In this document: positions 19,029 through 28,563 of the stretch, in pieces | How the letters are laid out: each line of letters begins with the position of its first letter | Numbering within the stretch: position 1 is the stretch's first letter | Position numbers and translations under genes: made by a program | The notes under the pieces: model-generated | Told to the model about the DNA's origin: nothing | What the model saw: only the letters and a program-made list of their open reading frames with translations | Database searches by the model: none | Virus record (IMG/VR): IMGVR_UViG_3300021598_001271 | Span: 1-64,000 of that record | Length of the DNA: 64,000 nt | Source of the DNA: a virus | Strand: one strand, 5' to 3'

Positions 19029-20252
19029 TTATTTTTCAACTTTAATGTTATCTAATTTGAATGTTGGTAATTTAACCATAAATCGTCTGTTTTTTAAAGT
19101 CTCATCAGTACTTTTAGAATTTGGCCATTTTTTACCAGGGTCAAACTCATCGGTCTCTCCCATACCTTTACCAACAAAATTACCAATTTCAGGTAACTTC
19201 TCATTAAGTATCTTAGCAATTTCATCCGCTCTACCCTGAGATAAACATAAATTATACTGTCCCCTAGTTCCATCACCATAACCTCTACAAGGACCATACT
19301 TACCTTGTACTTTTTGTTTAGGGTCTCCATCAATTGATGAGTATGCTAAAACTGTAATTGGATTTTGTTTTAAGAAATTAATATATTTGTTATACATATC
19401 TTCACCGTATGTAGAGCTAACTTCTTTAATTTGGGATACAAACATATTAATACTATCAATAGAATCTTGTTGTAATTGTATGGTGTCAAAGATAAATGGT
19501 TCTGCGTTTTTATTATCCAAAGTAATACTAACAACACGTTCTGTAGTCGTATCACCTGTATATACAGGTTGTTTGAATATTGAACCAGTGTTCCCAATTT
19601 TAAAAGCTTTTAAATATAATTTTGAGTTTCCTACTTCAAAGTTGAACATCATTTTTTTAGCAACTTGGATACTAAATAAATTTGAACCTTGTCCGTCAGT
19701 AGTAAGTCCAGAACCAAATGGAATTTGTTCATTAATACCGTAACCATCTTTACCATTGGAAAGTCCTCCAACAATACTAACGTATCCAAATTGTCTGTTT
19801 TGAGGAACCATAAAGCAACTAGCCATCGCGGCATCTACTTGTTCCTTAATATAAGGATGTCTTTCAAAAAGTATTTTGTAGTCAGGATTTTCATACACAG
19901 GTCCTAAGTATTCTGATATTGGGTTATCCCCCATATCAATGTAAGCCACTTCTGTAACCCATTGTCTTCTATCAGATTCATAGTTCATAACAATATCTTT
20001 ACCACTAACTTTACCATCAAATAAAACTGATAAAATAACAGGTTCGTCATCACCACCTGATTTCCATTTTAATGTTAGACTTGAAAAAATTTCGTTTTGT
20101 TTTTCGGAAATAATTTTATTAATTTCCTTTTCAAGACTTATTACTGCTTGTTGGTCGGTTAATGTTCCACTATTAGTTGTTTTTTGTTCTGAGATAACTC
20201 TCTTAACTATTCGATATAAGTCAGACTCAGTTAATTTTATAACTCTACCCAT
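19029..20252 (-). CDS. Leader-bearing protein with C-terminal OmpA-like peptidoglycan-binding domain
   Basis: IKLTESDL..VISEQ; YNLCLSQGRA..GKGMGET..NRR. Confidence 0.7.
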   Translation of the reverse strand: MGRVIKLTESDLYRIVKRVISEQKTTNSGTLTDQQAVISLEKEINKIISEKQNEIFSSLTLKWKSGGDDEPVILSVLFDGKVSGKDIVMNYESDRRQWVTEVAYIDMGDNPISEYLGPVYENPDYKILFERHPYIKEQVDAAMASCFMVPQNRQFGYVSIVGGLSNGKDGYGINEQIPFGSGLTTDGQGSNLFSIQVAKKMMFNFEVGNSKLYLKAFKIGNTGSIFKQPVYTGDTTTERVVSITLDNKNAEPFIFDTIQLQQDSIDSINMFVSQIKEVSSTYGEDMYNKYINFLKQNPITVLAYSSIDGDPKQKVQGKYGPCRGYGDGTRGQYNLCLSQGRADEIAKILNEKLPEIGNFVGKGMGETDEFDPGKKWPNSKSTDETLKNRRFMVKLPTFKLDNIKVEK

Positions 20253-20275
20253 TTTAAATATTTTACTTATAAATA

Positions 20276-20548
20276 TTAGGATTTTCTAATTTGATTTAAA
20301 TAATCAACAACTTCCTGTAATTTATCGGCGTCTTCGGGATTGAATAAAAACTCATCGAAAGCTCCATATCTACATTTATACCCAAAAATATATTTAAAAC
20401 CATATTTAACTCTTTCCCAAAATGGTCTTTTATTTAAATGGATGTGTGAATAAACTATTGGGTACCCATCGTCTTCACTATATAAAATAATCATTTGGTG
20501 TTCAGTGGAATTACAACCACAAATTAAGATATCTTTGTTATTTTCCAT
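20276..20548 (-). CDS. Hypothetical protein
   Basis: CGC..EH motif. Confidence 0.6.
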   Translation of the reverse strand: MENNKDILICGCNSTEHQMIILYSEDDGYPIVYSHIHLNKRPFWERVKYGFKYIFGYKCRYGAFDEFLFNPEDADKLQEVVDYLNQIRKS

Positions 20549-20550
20549 AA

Positions 20551-21093
20551 TTATTTGTTTAGGTATTCTTCAAGTGTTTGACAAACGTTATCTTTATTTG
20601 AAATAATAATCTTATTTATATCAAAATCAGGAATGAATTCTTCCATAGTTTTAACAATATAAGGAACCGAACTCCATAAGATTGAACCTTCAGAACTTGG
20701 ACTATAATGATTGTCTACCAAATATTGAACAACTGTATTATCCTCGGTTGTTATAAACCCGTGAGCAAATCCTTTTGGTATGTAAAGTTCATAATTAGGT
20801 TTAACCTCTTCAACTTTACAAGTCCCATAAGTCATTGAATCTGGTCTCAAGTCAATAAAGAAATCTAATATTGTACCGTTAATTACTTTAACTAATTTTG
20901 TCTGAGCGTTCTCACCTTCTTGGTAGTGCATACCTCTGAATGTGTATTTTTTATCGTTAAAACTAACGTTACTTTGAATCCATTTTTTTCTAAGTTCTTC
21001 TCTTTTAGATTCTCCAAATATTAGTGGTTGTGGCGCGAAAGTACCTCTATGGTCTCTAAAGCACGGATTGTACATAAAAATAGGTTGTTCCAT
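20551..21093 (-). CDS. rmlC: dTDP-4-dehydrorhamnose 3,5-epimerase
   Basis: DHRG.F, RGMHYQ, QTKLV, DLRPDS.T, IPKGFAHGF. Confidence 0.9.
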   Translation of the reverse strand: MEQPIFMYNPCFRDHRGTFAPQPLIFGESKREELRKKWIQSNVSFNDKKYTFRGMHYQEGENAQTKLVKVINGTILDFFIDLRPDSMTYGTCKVEEVKPNYELYIPKGFAHGFITTEDNTVVQYLVDNHYSPSSEGSILWSSVPYIVKTMEEFIPDFDINKIIISNKDNVCQTLEEYLNK

Positions 21094-21446
21094 TATGATA
21101 ATAGTTGTATTAAAAAATATGATAATTTATATCCTGTAAAAGCACCTAATGCCGATGGGATTGGGAAAACAATTAGTTTACCTAAGTCCGTAACATATTT
21201 TGGTCTGTTCAAAATTCTACCCATAAAAAAATAATAAAATAAATAACCTAACAATACCGCAATATCGGTTTTAGTTGCAATAAAAACAACTAAAGTCGCA
21301 CCGATAAATGCAAACACAAAGTTATCTCTAAAACCTTCCCATACTTCATATGGTGTAGCTTCATTCCATTCCTTTATGATTTTTTTATATTTAGGAGTTA
21401 TAACCTTACTAGTTTTACCTTTGGTAGGTTTTGTTTTTATTTCCAT
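21093..21446 (-). CDS. Membrane protein
   Basis: Three hydrophobic segments. Confidence 0.65.
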   Translation of the reverse strand: MEIKTKPTKGKTSKVITPKYKKIIKEWNEATPYEVWEGFRDNFVFAFIGATLVVFIATKTDIAVLLGYLFYYFFMGRILNRPKYVTDLGKLIVFPIPSALGAFTGYKLSYFLIQLLS

Positions 21447-21448
21447 AA

Positions 21449-22681
21449 TTAATTACTTAACGGTGCTTTAATTGTTGGGTGAGCCTGATAGTTCTCTAAA
21501 ATAACATCACTAATAGAACTACAGAATATACCATCTCTAACGTGGACTGTTGGTAATTCAAAAGGTTCTCTTGTTCTTTTCGGTGTTGGTACATAATATT
21601 CATTATCAAAATCAGGTAAATTATTAGGGTCAAAATATCTTTCCATACCCGTTTCGTAGTTGTTATTAAACCATATGTTATATCTTTCCTCATCAGTTAA
21701 CTCTCTACCAATCTGTTCTTTCGCTTGTTCAATATGATTTAAATATATGTGTGTATCACCCAAATTACCAATTAATTCATCAGGAACCATATTCACCTCA
21801 TCGGCTAACATTAGTAACAACAATCCGTAAGATGCAATGTTGAATGGTAAACCTAAGAATGTATCTACTGAACGTTGATTCCACATTAAAGAGATTGCTC
21901 TAGTTGGGATGTTGTAAGTATCAAGTAATCTATTCCACCCACTTACATCACTTGGAAATATATCTTTGTTCCAATTCGATTTGTTATATAAATCCATTCG
22001 TTCTTGTTCACTTAACTCTCTTGTATAAACTTGAAATCCATAATGACAAGGTGGGAGTACCATAGAATCCAATTCTCCGACATTCCAAGCATTAACCATT
22101 AATCGTCTTGAGTCTGGGTTTGTTTTAAGGTCGTTGATTAAAATAGATATTTGGTCAATAACCGTTTGGTTGACTTCATCATAAATGTTTTCATATGAAC
22201 CATCAGTTGATAGATACATTTTCTTTTTAGTCCAACCTCTCCATTGTTTACCATAAATTGGACCTAACTCACCCCACTTCTTAGCAAACTCATCATCTGT
22301 TTTGATTTTGTTGATGAATTCTTCTATTGGATATGGTCTTAAACTATTTCTATAAAACTCACCTAATTCATTTTTTTCTAAGTATTCATCCATAAAGTGC
22401 TTACAATAATTCTTATAAGCATCACCATCCCAAATATGACAACCATTATCAACAAGGAACTTGATATTTGTACTACCTTGTAAAAACCATAGTAACTCAG
22501 TCACCATTGTTTTCCAAGCCATTTTCTTAGTTGTAAGTAATGGAAACCCTTCACTCATTTTATGACGGATTTGTCTTCCGAATACTGAAATGGTTCCTGT
22601 ACCTGTTCTATCTTTTTTCTCTATACCGTTATCCAAGATGTCTTGAAGTAACTCTTGGTATTTTTTATCTATATTATTCAT
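21449..22681 (-). CDS. thyA: Thymidylate synthase with in-frame insertions
   Basis: DRTGTGT, ELLWFL, LPPCH, QRSVDTFLGLPFN, GDTHIY. Confidence 0.95.
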   Translation of the reverse strand: MNNIDKKYQELLQDILDNGIEKKDRTGTGTISVFGRQIRHKMSEGFPLLTTKKMAWKTMVTELLWFLQGSTNIKFLVDNGCHIWDGDAYKNYCKHFMDEYLEKNELGEFYRNSLRPYPIEEFINKIKTDDEFAKKWGELGPIYGKQWRGWTKKKMYLSTDGSYENIYDEVNQTVIDQISILINDLKTNPDSRRLMVNAWNVGELDSMVLPPCHYGFQVYTRELSEQERMDLYNKSNWNKDIFPSDVSGWNRLLDTYNIPTRAISLMWNQRSVDTFLGLPFNIASYGLLLLMLADEVNMVPDELIGNLGDTHIYLNHIEQAKEQIGRELTDEERYNIWFNNNYETGMERYFDPNNLPDFDNEYYVPTPKRTREPFELPTVHVRDGIFCSSISDVILENYQAHPTIKAPLSN

Positions 22682-22774
22682 ATAGAAGTATAACCCTATT
22701 TAATTAAAATCTCAACTTTACTCCAAAAAAAAATCCAACCTAAGTTGGATTTATTATATAAATAAGATTTAATA

Positions 22775-23728
22775 TTATAGTCCGTATTTACCTTTAAATT
22801 CACTCCAATGGTCAGCAACCTCATTATTATCAAGTAAATCAGCCCACGCATATACTTCACCAATTTCACATTTTAAACCGTTAATTTTTGGTCTACTAAA
22901 TCCAACAAAAAAATCATTTGAAACTACCACACCCGATAGTAGTCTAATTACAATATTATGCCATTGATTATCCTGTATTACCGCTTGTGAGAAGTTAGTA
23001 AATGCACCACCAGTTGCGTTATCTACTTTTATTGACGCCCCTACAAAAGCACTTCCTAATCCGCCATAGGAGCTGATTTCAAATTCACCTAATTGACTAT
23101 CCGTCAATGCGTAATCAGGAGACGGTTGAATATACGTTTTAATCCATAGTGAAATAGTTTGTATGGGAAAACTTCCATTAAATTTTATACCTTGGATATT
23201 ATTACCACCATTAAAATCACTATTATCACACAACATAGTATGTGTGCTATCATTAATAGACGATTCTAACCAAGTAGCATTAGCATCGACGGGAGCAACA
23301 CTAGAACTTATGTCTTTAGCGTTATTATTACCATTAGAGGTGTTCCAACAGGGAGGAAATGATGTGTCAAAAGCCAGTCTAAGACCATCAGTTCTTAAAC
23401 TAGGATAATCTCTATATACCGCAATTTTATCACCTTGATTATAAATCCAATCATATGCTTGTCCCATATTTGTAATACTACCAAGTCCAGAAATTTGATT
23501 TAATGAATCTACAATATCAGTTGTATTATATATACTTGGTCCTTGGGAAACTTTAGTTAGGTAAACGGTCCATCCTGCAGGTTGTGGTGTAATACCTGCC
23601 CAAAAACCAGTAGTTGATGTAGGCCCAAATGTTACTGCTTCGTCAATACCAAGTAACATAGAATTACTTATAACACAACCAGGTTCGTAAGTATTACTCA
23701 TTTTAATTTTGTTAGGAATAAATGCCAT
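22775..23728 (-). CDS. Concanavalin/LamG-like virion protein
   Basis: TISLWIK..WHNIV..IGEV..W; TATTTAT upstream. Confidence 0.6.
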   Translation of the reverse strand: MAFIPNKIKMSNTYEPGCVISNSMLLGIDEAVTFGPTSTTGFWAGITPQPAGWTVYLTKVSQGPSIYNTTDIVDSLNQISGLGSITNMGQAYDWIYNQGDKIAVYRDYPSLRTDGLRLAFDTSFPPCWNTSNGNNNAKDISSSVAPVDANATWLESSINDSTHTMLCDNSDFNGGNNIQGIKFNGSFPIQTISLWIKTYIQPSPDYALTDSQLGEFEISSYGGLGSAFVGASIKVDNATGGAFTNFSQAVIQDNQWHNIVIRLLSGVVVSNDFFVGFSRPKINGLKCEIGEVYAWADLLDNNEVADHWSEFKGKYGL

Positions 23729-23757
23729 AGTTAAATAATTTTATTAATAAATATCCA

Positions 23758-24156
23758 CTATTTTAATTTTATCCACTTCCTATCAGAATTTAATATAAAA
23801 GTCCCAATATAATATTTTGAGTTATTCCATTCTTCTGGTGATATCAAAGACAAAGTCCTACCTGATTCAAATTCATATAAAAAATAAGTCTTACCAACAA
23901 TCGGTTCAAAAGATATTTTTGATTCCCAAACCATAATTGAATCATTATATTCATCATACAATTTATTAATCTTTTCTATAATCTCATCTCGCTCTCTCTC
24001 AAATACTTCCAACATTTTTTTTGAGGATTCCTGTTTAACTAACCCCACATTTGGTAATTCGAATTTAGGAGCACCAATATTTGTTGGATATTTTTTTAAC
24101 TTTGAATTATATCCTTCATTAATATCCCAAACAACTAAATCGGGTTTTTTACTCAT
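23758..24156 (-). CDS. DUF2452-like protein
   Basis: YPTNIGAPKF, FEPIVGKTYFLY, LSLISPEEW. Confidence 0.7.
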   Translation of the reverse strand: MSKKPDLVVWDINEGYNSKLKKYPTNIGAPKFELPNVGLVKQESSKKMLEVFERERDEIIEKINKLYDEYNDSIMVWESKISFEPIVGKTYFLYEFESGRTLSLISPEEWNNSKYYIGTFILNSDRKWIKLK

Positions 24157-24514
24157 ATTCTATTGAAAATAAATTAACGTCTGAAACACTACCTTCATTA
24201 TCAGTATAAGTAACACAAGTAGTAATCTCTTTATCTAATGATACCAAAAAACTTTTGTAATATAATGGAGCTCTAACCACAACCAATAAATCTTTGTTCT
24301 CTTGGATTTCATAGTTAACCAAGACTGAGTTAGGCATATTTTGAAAGTAATGGTTGTCGTAAAATATTTTAAGAAACCACAATTGGGTTAGGTCATCAAG
24401 GCTTGGATGTGTTTTATATTTGGAGAATAAAGAATGGTATTGATATACGAATCTTTGTATTAAATGATATAGAATCATATCATTTGTGTTCATTTGTAAT
24501 TTAATTTTTGTCAT
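24149..24514 (-). CDS. Hypothetical protein
   Basis: ATG at 24514. Confidence 0.5.
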   Translation of the reverse strand: MTKIKLQMNTNDMILYHLIQRFVYQYHSLFSKYKTHPSLDDLTQLWFLKIFYDNHYFQNMPNSVLVNYEIQENKDLLVVVRAPLYYKSFLVSLDKEITTCVTYTDNEGSVSDVNLFSIEYE

Positions 24515-24574
24515 AATAAAAAAACCTTTACCTAATGATAGGTAAAGGTCCAATATTTTTAAATAGGTAATATA

Positions 24575-24754
24575 TTATATTTCCACCTCATTAAAATCCA
24601 ATTCCATCATATAAAACGCTTTATATATTGAATCGGAAAATGATAGTTTTACATTCTCAAGTCTTAACTGTGATGCCAACCTTGTTAGTTCAGTGTATGA
24701 TTCTTTTTTGTGTGCTATCCAAAGCATTTCTTCTACGTGTTCTTCTCCAGTCAT
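24575..24754 (-). CDS. Small hypothetical protein (59 aa, absent from ORF track)
   Basis: MTGEEHVEEMLWIAH...FNEVEI fills the intergenic gap. Confidence 0.6.
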   Translation of the reverse strand: MTGEEHVEEMLWIAHKKESYTELTRLASQLRLENVKLSFSDSIYKAFYMMELDFNEVEI

Positions 24755-24767
24755 TGTATATTAAGTA

Positions 24768-25094
24768 TTAAGTTCCAATTAACAAATCGTCATAGTTAAT
24801 AGACGTGTCAGTACCTTTCTGACCATCTTTAACTTCTCCGTACATAAATGATTTAACCACCGATGTTATCGATTGGTCGCACTGTGCAATTTTACTTTCC
24901 ATCCAATCTTCAAGTTCTTCACCTTCCTCAAGTAATTCCCACATTTTATAGGCCAAAGTAGCAATAGTAAATAACTGTTGTTTCGCCATATAATTTCCAT
25001 CTGAACCTTCCGACACTTCACTTTCATTAATTGTCTTTATTCTACTAACAATCTTAGCAAGTTGTTCTTCAGTTATAATAATATTTTTACTCAT
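24768..25094 (-). CDS. Leader-bearing small protein
   Basis: IIITEEQL..INE; YMAKQQL..LEDWMESKI. Confidence 0.7.
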   Translation of the reverse strand: MSKNIIITEEQLAKIVSRIKTINESEVSEGSDGNYMAKQQLFTIATLAYKMWELLEEGEELEDWMESKIAQCDQSITSVVKSFMYGEVKDGQKGTDTSINYDDLLIGT

Positions 25095-25130
25095 AATAAT
25101 GTTTAAATATAAATACTTTATAATTAAAAA

Positions 25131-25156
25131 AAGTGGAGGGGTTTATTCCTCCACTT
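25131..25156 (-). terminator. Intrinsic terminator
   Basis: AAGTGGAGG/CCTCCACTT stem plus U-tract. Confidence 0.8.
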
Positions 25157-25157
25157 A

Positions 25158-25210
25158 GGGCCGACAGGATTGTGTCGCATCCACCACCTTGTTTTTCTAA
25201 ACAAGGAAAC
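25158..25210 (-). ncRNA. Candidate hairpin plus H-type pseudoknot
   Basis: CCUUGUUU/AAACAAGG hairpin, then interleaved GGAU/AUCC and CGACA/UGUCG. Confidence 0.45.
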
Positions 25211-25211
25211 A

Positions 25212-25520
25212 TTACCTTGGGATGTTAAAGTACAAATCGTTAATCTCATCGATTGTTGCGTATCCTAAAACATCATCACTCTTGGTACTAGAACTATACT
25301 TACCAGTAACAAACTCACCATTATTATCGTCAATCAATGCAACCTCAAAAGTGTTTTTGAAATTACCGTACAAACCATCACATCCACCAACAATCGATAA
25401 GGTATAGTTACCAACCTTCTCAGTGTACTGTCGAGCATTACGATAGTTTTGAAGACCGCTCGAAGCCATCCCGTGTGGCTTTGAGTTTTGTATGATATGT
25501 TCTTTAGTTAATGGTTTCAT
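25212..25520 (-). CDS. Hypothetical phage protein
   Basis: LSIVGG..GLYG..TFEVA..DVLGY. Confidence 0.7.
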   Translation of the reverse strand: MKPLTKEHIIQNSKPHGMASSGLQNYRNARQYTEKVGNYTLSIVGGCDGLYGNFKNTFEVALIDDNNGEFVTGKYSSSTKSDDVLGYATIDEINDLYFNIPR

Positions 25521-25795
25521 TACGCTGGTTGTTCAATTTTAGATTTAGTAAGGATATGGTCAGTCAAAGTGTAAGCATCTACGTTAGTAGTGATTACAGA
25601 GTCCTTCAATATTTTGTTTGGGATGTTTACCAAGAAGTCCTCCCCATTGAAGAATGTCAAAGCCTCATCATTATTCAAACATCCATTAACCATCTTCAAG
25701 AACAACTTGAATTGAGTTGGGTTAACAAAAGTTTCATTCAATAGTACACCGAATTTCTCGTGTTGAATCTTGATAGTTTTAGTTGACATATTCAT
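25520..25795 (-). CDS. Early hypothetical protein
   Basis: Downstream of promoter at 25816. Confidence 0.65.
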   Translation of the reverse strand: MNMSTKTIKIQHEKFGVLLNETFVNPTQFKLFLKMVNGCLNNDEALTFFNGEDFLVNIPNKILKDSVITTNVDAYTLTDHILTKSKIEQPA

Positions 25796-25846
25796 ATTGT
25801 TACCGTTTTAGAATACAAAGATACAAATAATTTCTGATTTTACAAA

Positions 25847-26725
25847 TTATTTTTCAAAAACAGGTAAAGTTTTTTCAACTGAAGAAATAAACTTACTAAT
25901 TAACAATTTGGCTTCGGAGTACTCTTTTTTGTCAACACCCTTAATAACCTCTAAATGATTTAAGATGTTATCTAAGTTTAAATTTTTTAAAGTAACCATA
26001 ACCTTATTCACCTCATCTCTTGACCTTTTCAATCTTAACCATTCCACAGAGTGAATTCTATATTCTAATAACATTCTAACAATTAAACTTTCGTCCCATC
26101 CATTATTAATCAATGTTGTTTCAGAAACACGAGAATCATTTTGATTATAAATTTCAATCTCACCTGTCAATTGATGACCAGTTGAATTATAAATCGCAAT
26201 CTTAGAATACGTACCACCCTTAGAATTTTTCTTATCTATCAAATACGTCAAACAACCTCTACCTGAGTATGAAGTAAAGGTACTAGGATTATTTTTTGAA
26301 GCGGTACACCATCTAGTGTTTGAACCATACTTTAACGAACCTTTATGAGTTTTAGGTTCCAAGTATAAAATATCATCGTCCTCATAGATAACTCTAGCGT
26401 GCTCATCTCTGTTGAAGGTTTTCTCTTCTTTAATCTCAAAATGTTTTTGGTTATGGTTTTTTAATCCGTTAAATAACCTATACTCACTTGAGTAGATATC
26501 TTTATTAACGGTATTATAAGGTAATAACTCGTCAAACAATTTAACTTCTTTTAATAAGGATTCTGCGGATGGTAATGATTGGATACCCTCAATCTTAGAG
26601 GTCCAAATCTTTAACATATATTCCAAATATTTTTTTGTAGGTGTAAAATCACCATTAACTAATTTTGTAAATGTCGCCACGGAGATACGTGGGTACTTCT
26701 CTCTTAATTCATCAACTTTTGACAT
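25847..26725 (-). CDS. Protein with 'YG..T.WCT' domain
   Basis: KYGSNTRWCTA; resembles 44844..46238. Confidence 0.7.
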   Translation of the reverse strand: MSKVDELREKYPRISVATFTKLVNGDFTPTKKYLEYMLKIWTSKIEGIQSLPSAESLLKEVKLFDELLPYNTVNKDIYSSEYRLFNGLKNHNQKHFEIKEEKTFNRDEHARVIYEDDDILYLEPKTHKGSLKYGSNTRWCTASKNNPSTFTSYSGRGCLTYLIDKKNSKGGTYSKIAIYNSTGHQLTGEIEIYNQNDSRVSETTLINNGWDESLIVRMLLEYRIHSVEWLRLKRSRDEVNKVMVTLKNLNLDNILNHLEVIKGVDKKEYSEAKLLISKFISSVEKTLPVFEK

Positions 26726-26732
26726 TTTAATT

Positions 26733-27170
26733 TCATATTAAAGTTCTACTTATTTCTCTTTCTATATCACGATTTTTAATCGTGTCTCTTTTATCGTGTA
26801 ATTTTTTACCACGACCTAAAACAACCTCAACCTTTATTAGTCCTCTTTCATTTTCAAAAATACGATAAGGCACTATCGTCAAACCTTTTACTAACTCTTT
26901 TTTAAGTCTATCCAATTCTATTTTCTTCAAAAGAAGTTTTCTATCTTGTGTAGATTTGTGAGTATATGATGAGGACATCTCAGTTATGTTCGCATTCTTA
27001 AGAACTAACTCGTCATTAATGAAGGTACAATATGATTCTGACAAAGAAACCTTCCCTGATTTGATTGATTTAACCTCAGAACCAATTAATACAATACCAG
27101 CAATTTCAGTACGAATAACTTCATACTCAAACTTAACTCTCTTGTTTACTATGTTGACTTTGGTTTTCAC
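26733..27170 (-). CDS. smpB: SsrA-binding protein
   Basis: NKR..FEY..AGIVL.GSEVKS, RKLLLKK.E, GKKLHDKR. Confidence 0.93.
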   Translation of the reverse strand: MKTKVNIVNKRVKFEYEVIRTEIAGIVLIGSEVKSIKSGKVSLSESYCTFINDELVLKNANITEMSSSYTHKSTQDRKLLLKKIELDRLKKELVKGLTIVPYRIFENERGLIKVEVVLGRGKKLHDKRDTIKNRDIEREISRTLI

Positions 27171-27203
27171 AGTAGCAAAGATAATAATAAAATTTAAATA
27201 AAC

Positions 27204-27235
27204 AAAAAAACCTCCTAAAAAAATTTAGGAGGTTT
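27204..27235 (-). terminator. Intrinsic terminator downstream of the large RNA
   Basis: AAACCTCCTAAA/TTTAGGAGGTTT plus U-tract. Confidence 0.8.
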
Positions 27236-27276
27236 AATGTTTTGTTCTATAGATATTGGGTAATTTTTAAAAAAAA

Positions 27277-28195
27277 GGCTGAGAATACACCGTTTTGTGA
27301 GAATCTTTAGAAGGATTATTGTTTCCCTTCATTTCCACCATCTTTTGAATGGTAATCCTCATCGCCGATTGGTTAGACCAATCACTCCTAAAGGGTTTAA
27401 CTACTCTTTTACTACTCTACTCTCTTCAATCTTGCGAACTGACTCGGGTTTCGACACCCTAGAGGTTTTTGGTAAAAATATACGTTGACTTGCGGTCTCG
27501 GTATGCCACGGACAACCCGTGACTGTGTAGGCGACTTTCATCAAACCCTGACGAACACTTTTGCTTATATCTTTTTAGTATAACTTTTACATTAACCTTG
27601 TAAATTATAAGTTTCGTGTCGTGGATGTTTCCAAGTAGAGGTCCGTCTTAAGCCTCGTTATCTTTTGAACAACAAGATACTTTTCTACTCGGTAGAGTGT
27701 CCCCACTCTCATATTTCAAGATTACTTCATACCAAGACCTTGGTGGGTCTTTGGTAAGGATAGTAGCGACACCACTCGTTCTCTATCTTACCTTCAGGTA
27801 TCACCCCTTCGGTTTTAAGTCACCTTTTATATTGGAACCCGCAATTGTGTATTTGGAAGTACACTTCTTACTTGATTCCTATGGGTTATTCTTATTGGTG
27901 TTCCCACCTCAAACTGACAATCCACATTGCCCGTTCAGTTTTCCATTTCCCTACGAAGTTATCCTCGGTACTACAGGCTCACTGATATCCCACTTGTATA
28001 CTCGAGTTCGGTTTCCCAAACCGCAGAACCACTAACACTGATGATTCCACTTTATCCCCCTTTCGAGGTTTATTTAACGACCATATACGGCCGATTATCT
28101 TTCTCAGTCAAATCTCAATATCAACCCGAGGGTCTCAATATCGACATCCTGATGGATAAATAATATTTTCAAAGAACGTTTCGGACTTTTCCGAT
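27277..28195 (-). ncRNA. Large structured non-coding RNA, GOLLD-like
   Basis: About 900 nt with no credible ORF; GC-richer; many hairpins with GNRA-type loops on the minus strand; promoter at 28204; ends in a U-tract. Confidence 0.7.
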
Positions 28196-28203
28196 TTGTT
28201 TTA

Positions 28204-28435
28204 CAAAGGTAGGTAAAGTTTTTCAATTTACCAAATCTTTTTTTATTTTTTTTTTGACAACCTTACTCTATAACTACCGATAGTGAGATTTGGTTTCGGT
28301 GATTGTCAAATGTTTTACAAAGGTAATAAACTTTTTTGAATTGTCAATTTTTTTTTTAAAAATTTTCTGTGTTCAATAAATATGTCCTTGTTTTGTAAAG
28401 TTCTACAAAGATAGTAAATTTTTTCATTCTGTCAA
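28204..28435 (-). promoter_or_regulatory. Three tandem Bacteroidetes-type promoters
   Basis: TACCTTTG 28204-11, TACCTTTG 28318-25, TATCTTTG 28406-13, each with TTTG/TTGAC about 17-20 nt upstream. Confidence 0.75.
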
Positions 28436-28563
28436 CCCATTAAACGACATTTTTTTAATTTGTGGAACTTTTTTAAACCTAACTTTGTTTTATGTGGCAC
28501 AGAGATTGTCTATTTCGGATAATTTTATTATACTTAAGTAACAAATTAATTAAAAATTATATT

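Noticed and set aside
21449-22681. Intron or intein in thyA, or a dCMP hydroxymethylase
   Set aside because: Frame is continuous, inserts are short without intein ends, and the dUMP-specifying Asn is retained
27290-27460. tmRNA or tRNA next to smpB (CCACCA at ~27335; GGGTTTCGACACCC at ~27446)
   Set aside because: No T-arm before the CCA and no matching acceptor stem; promoters and GNRA loops indicate the minus strand
27297-28163. Three plus-strand ORFs in the large gap
   Set aside because: Atypical composition, no promoter, and antisense to the structured RNA
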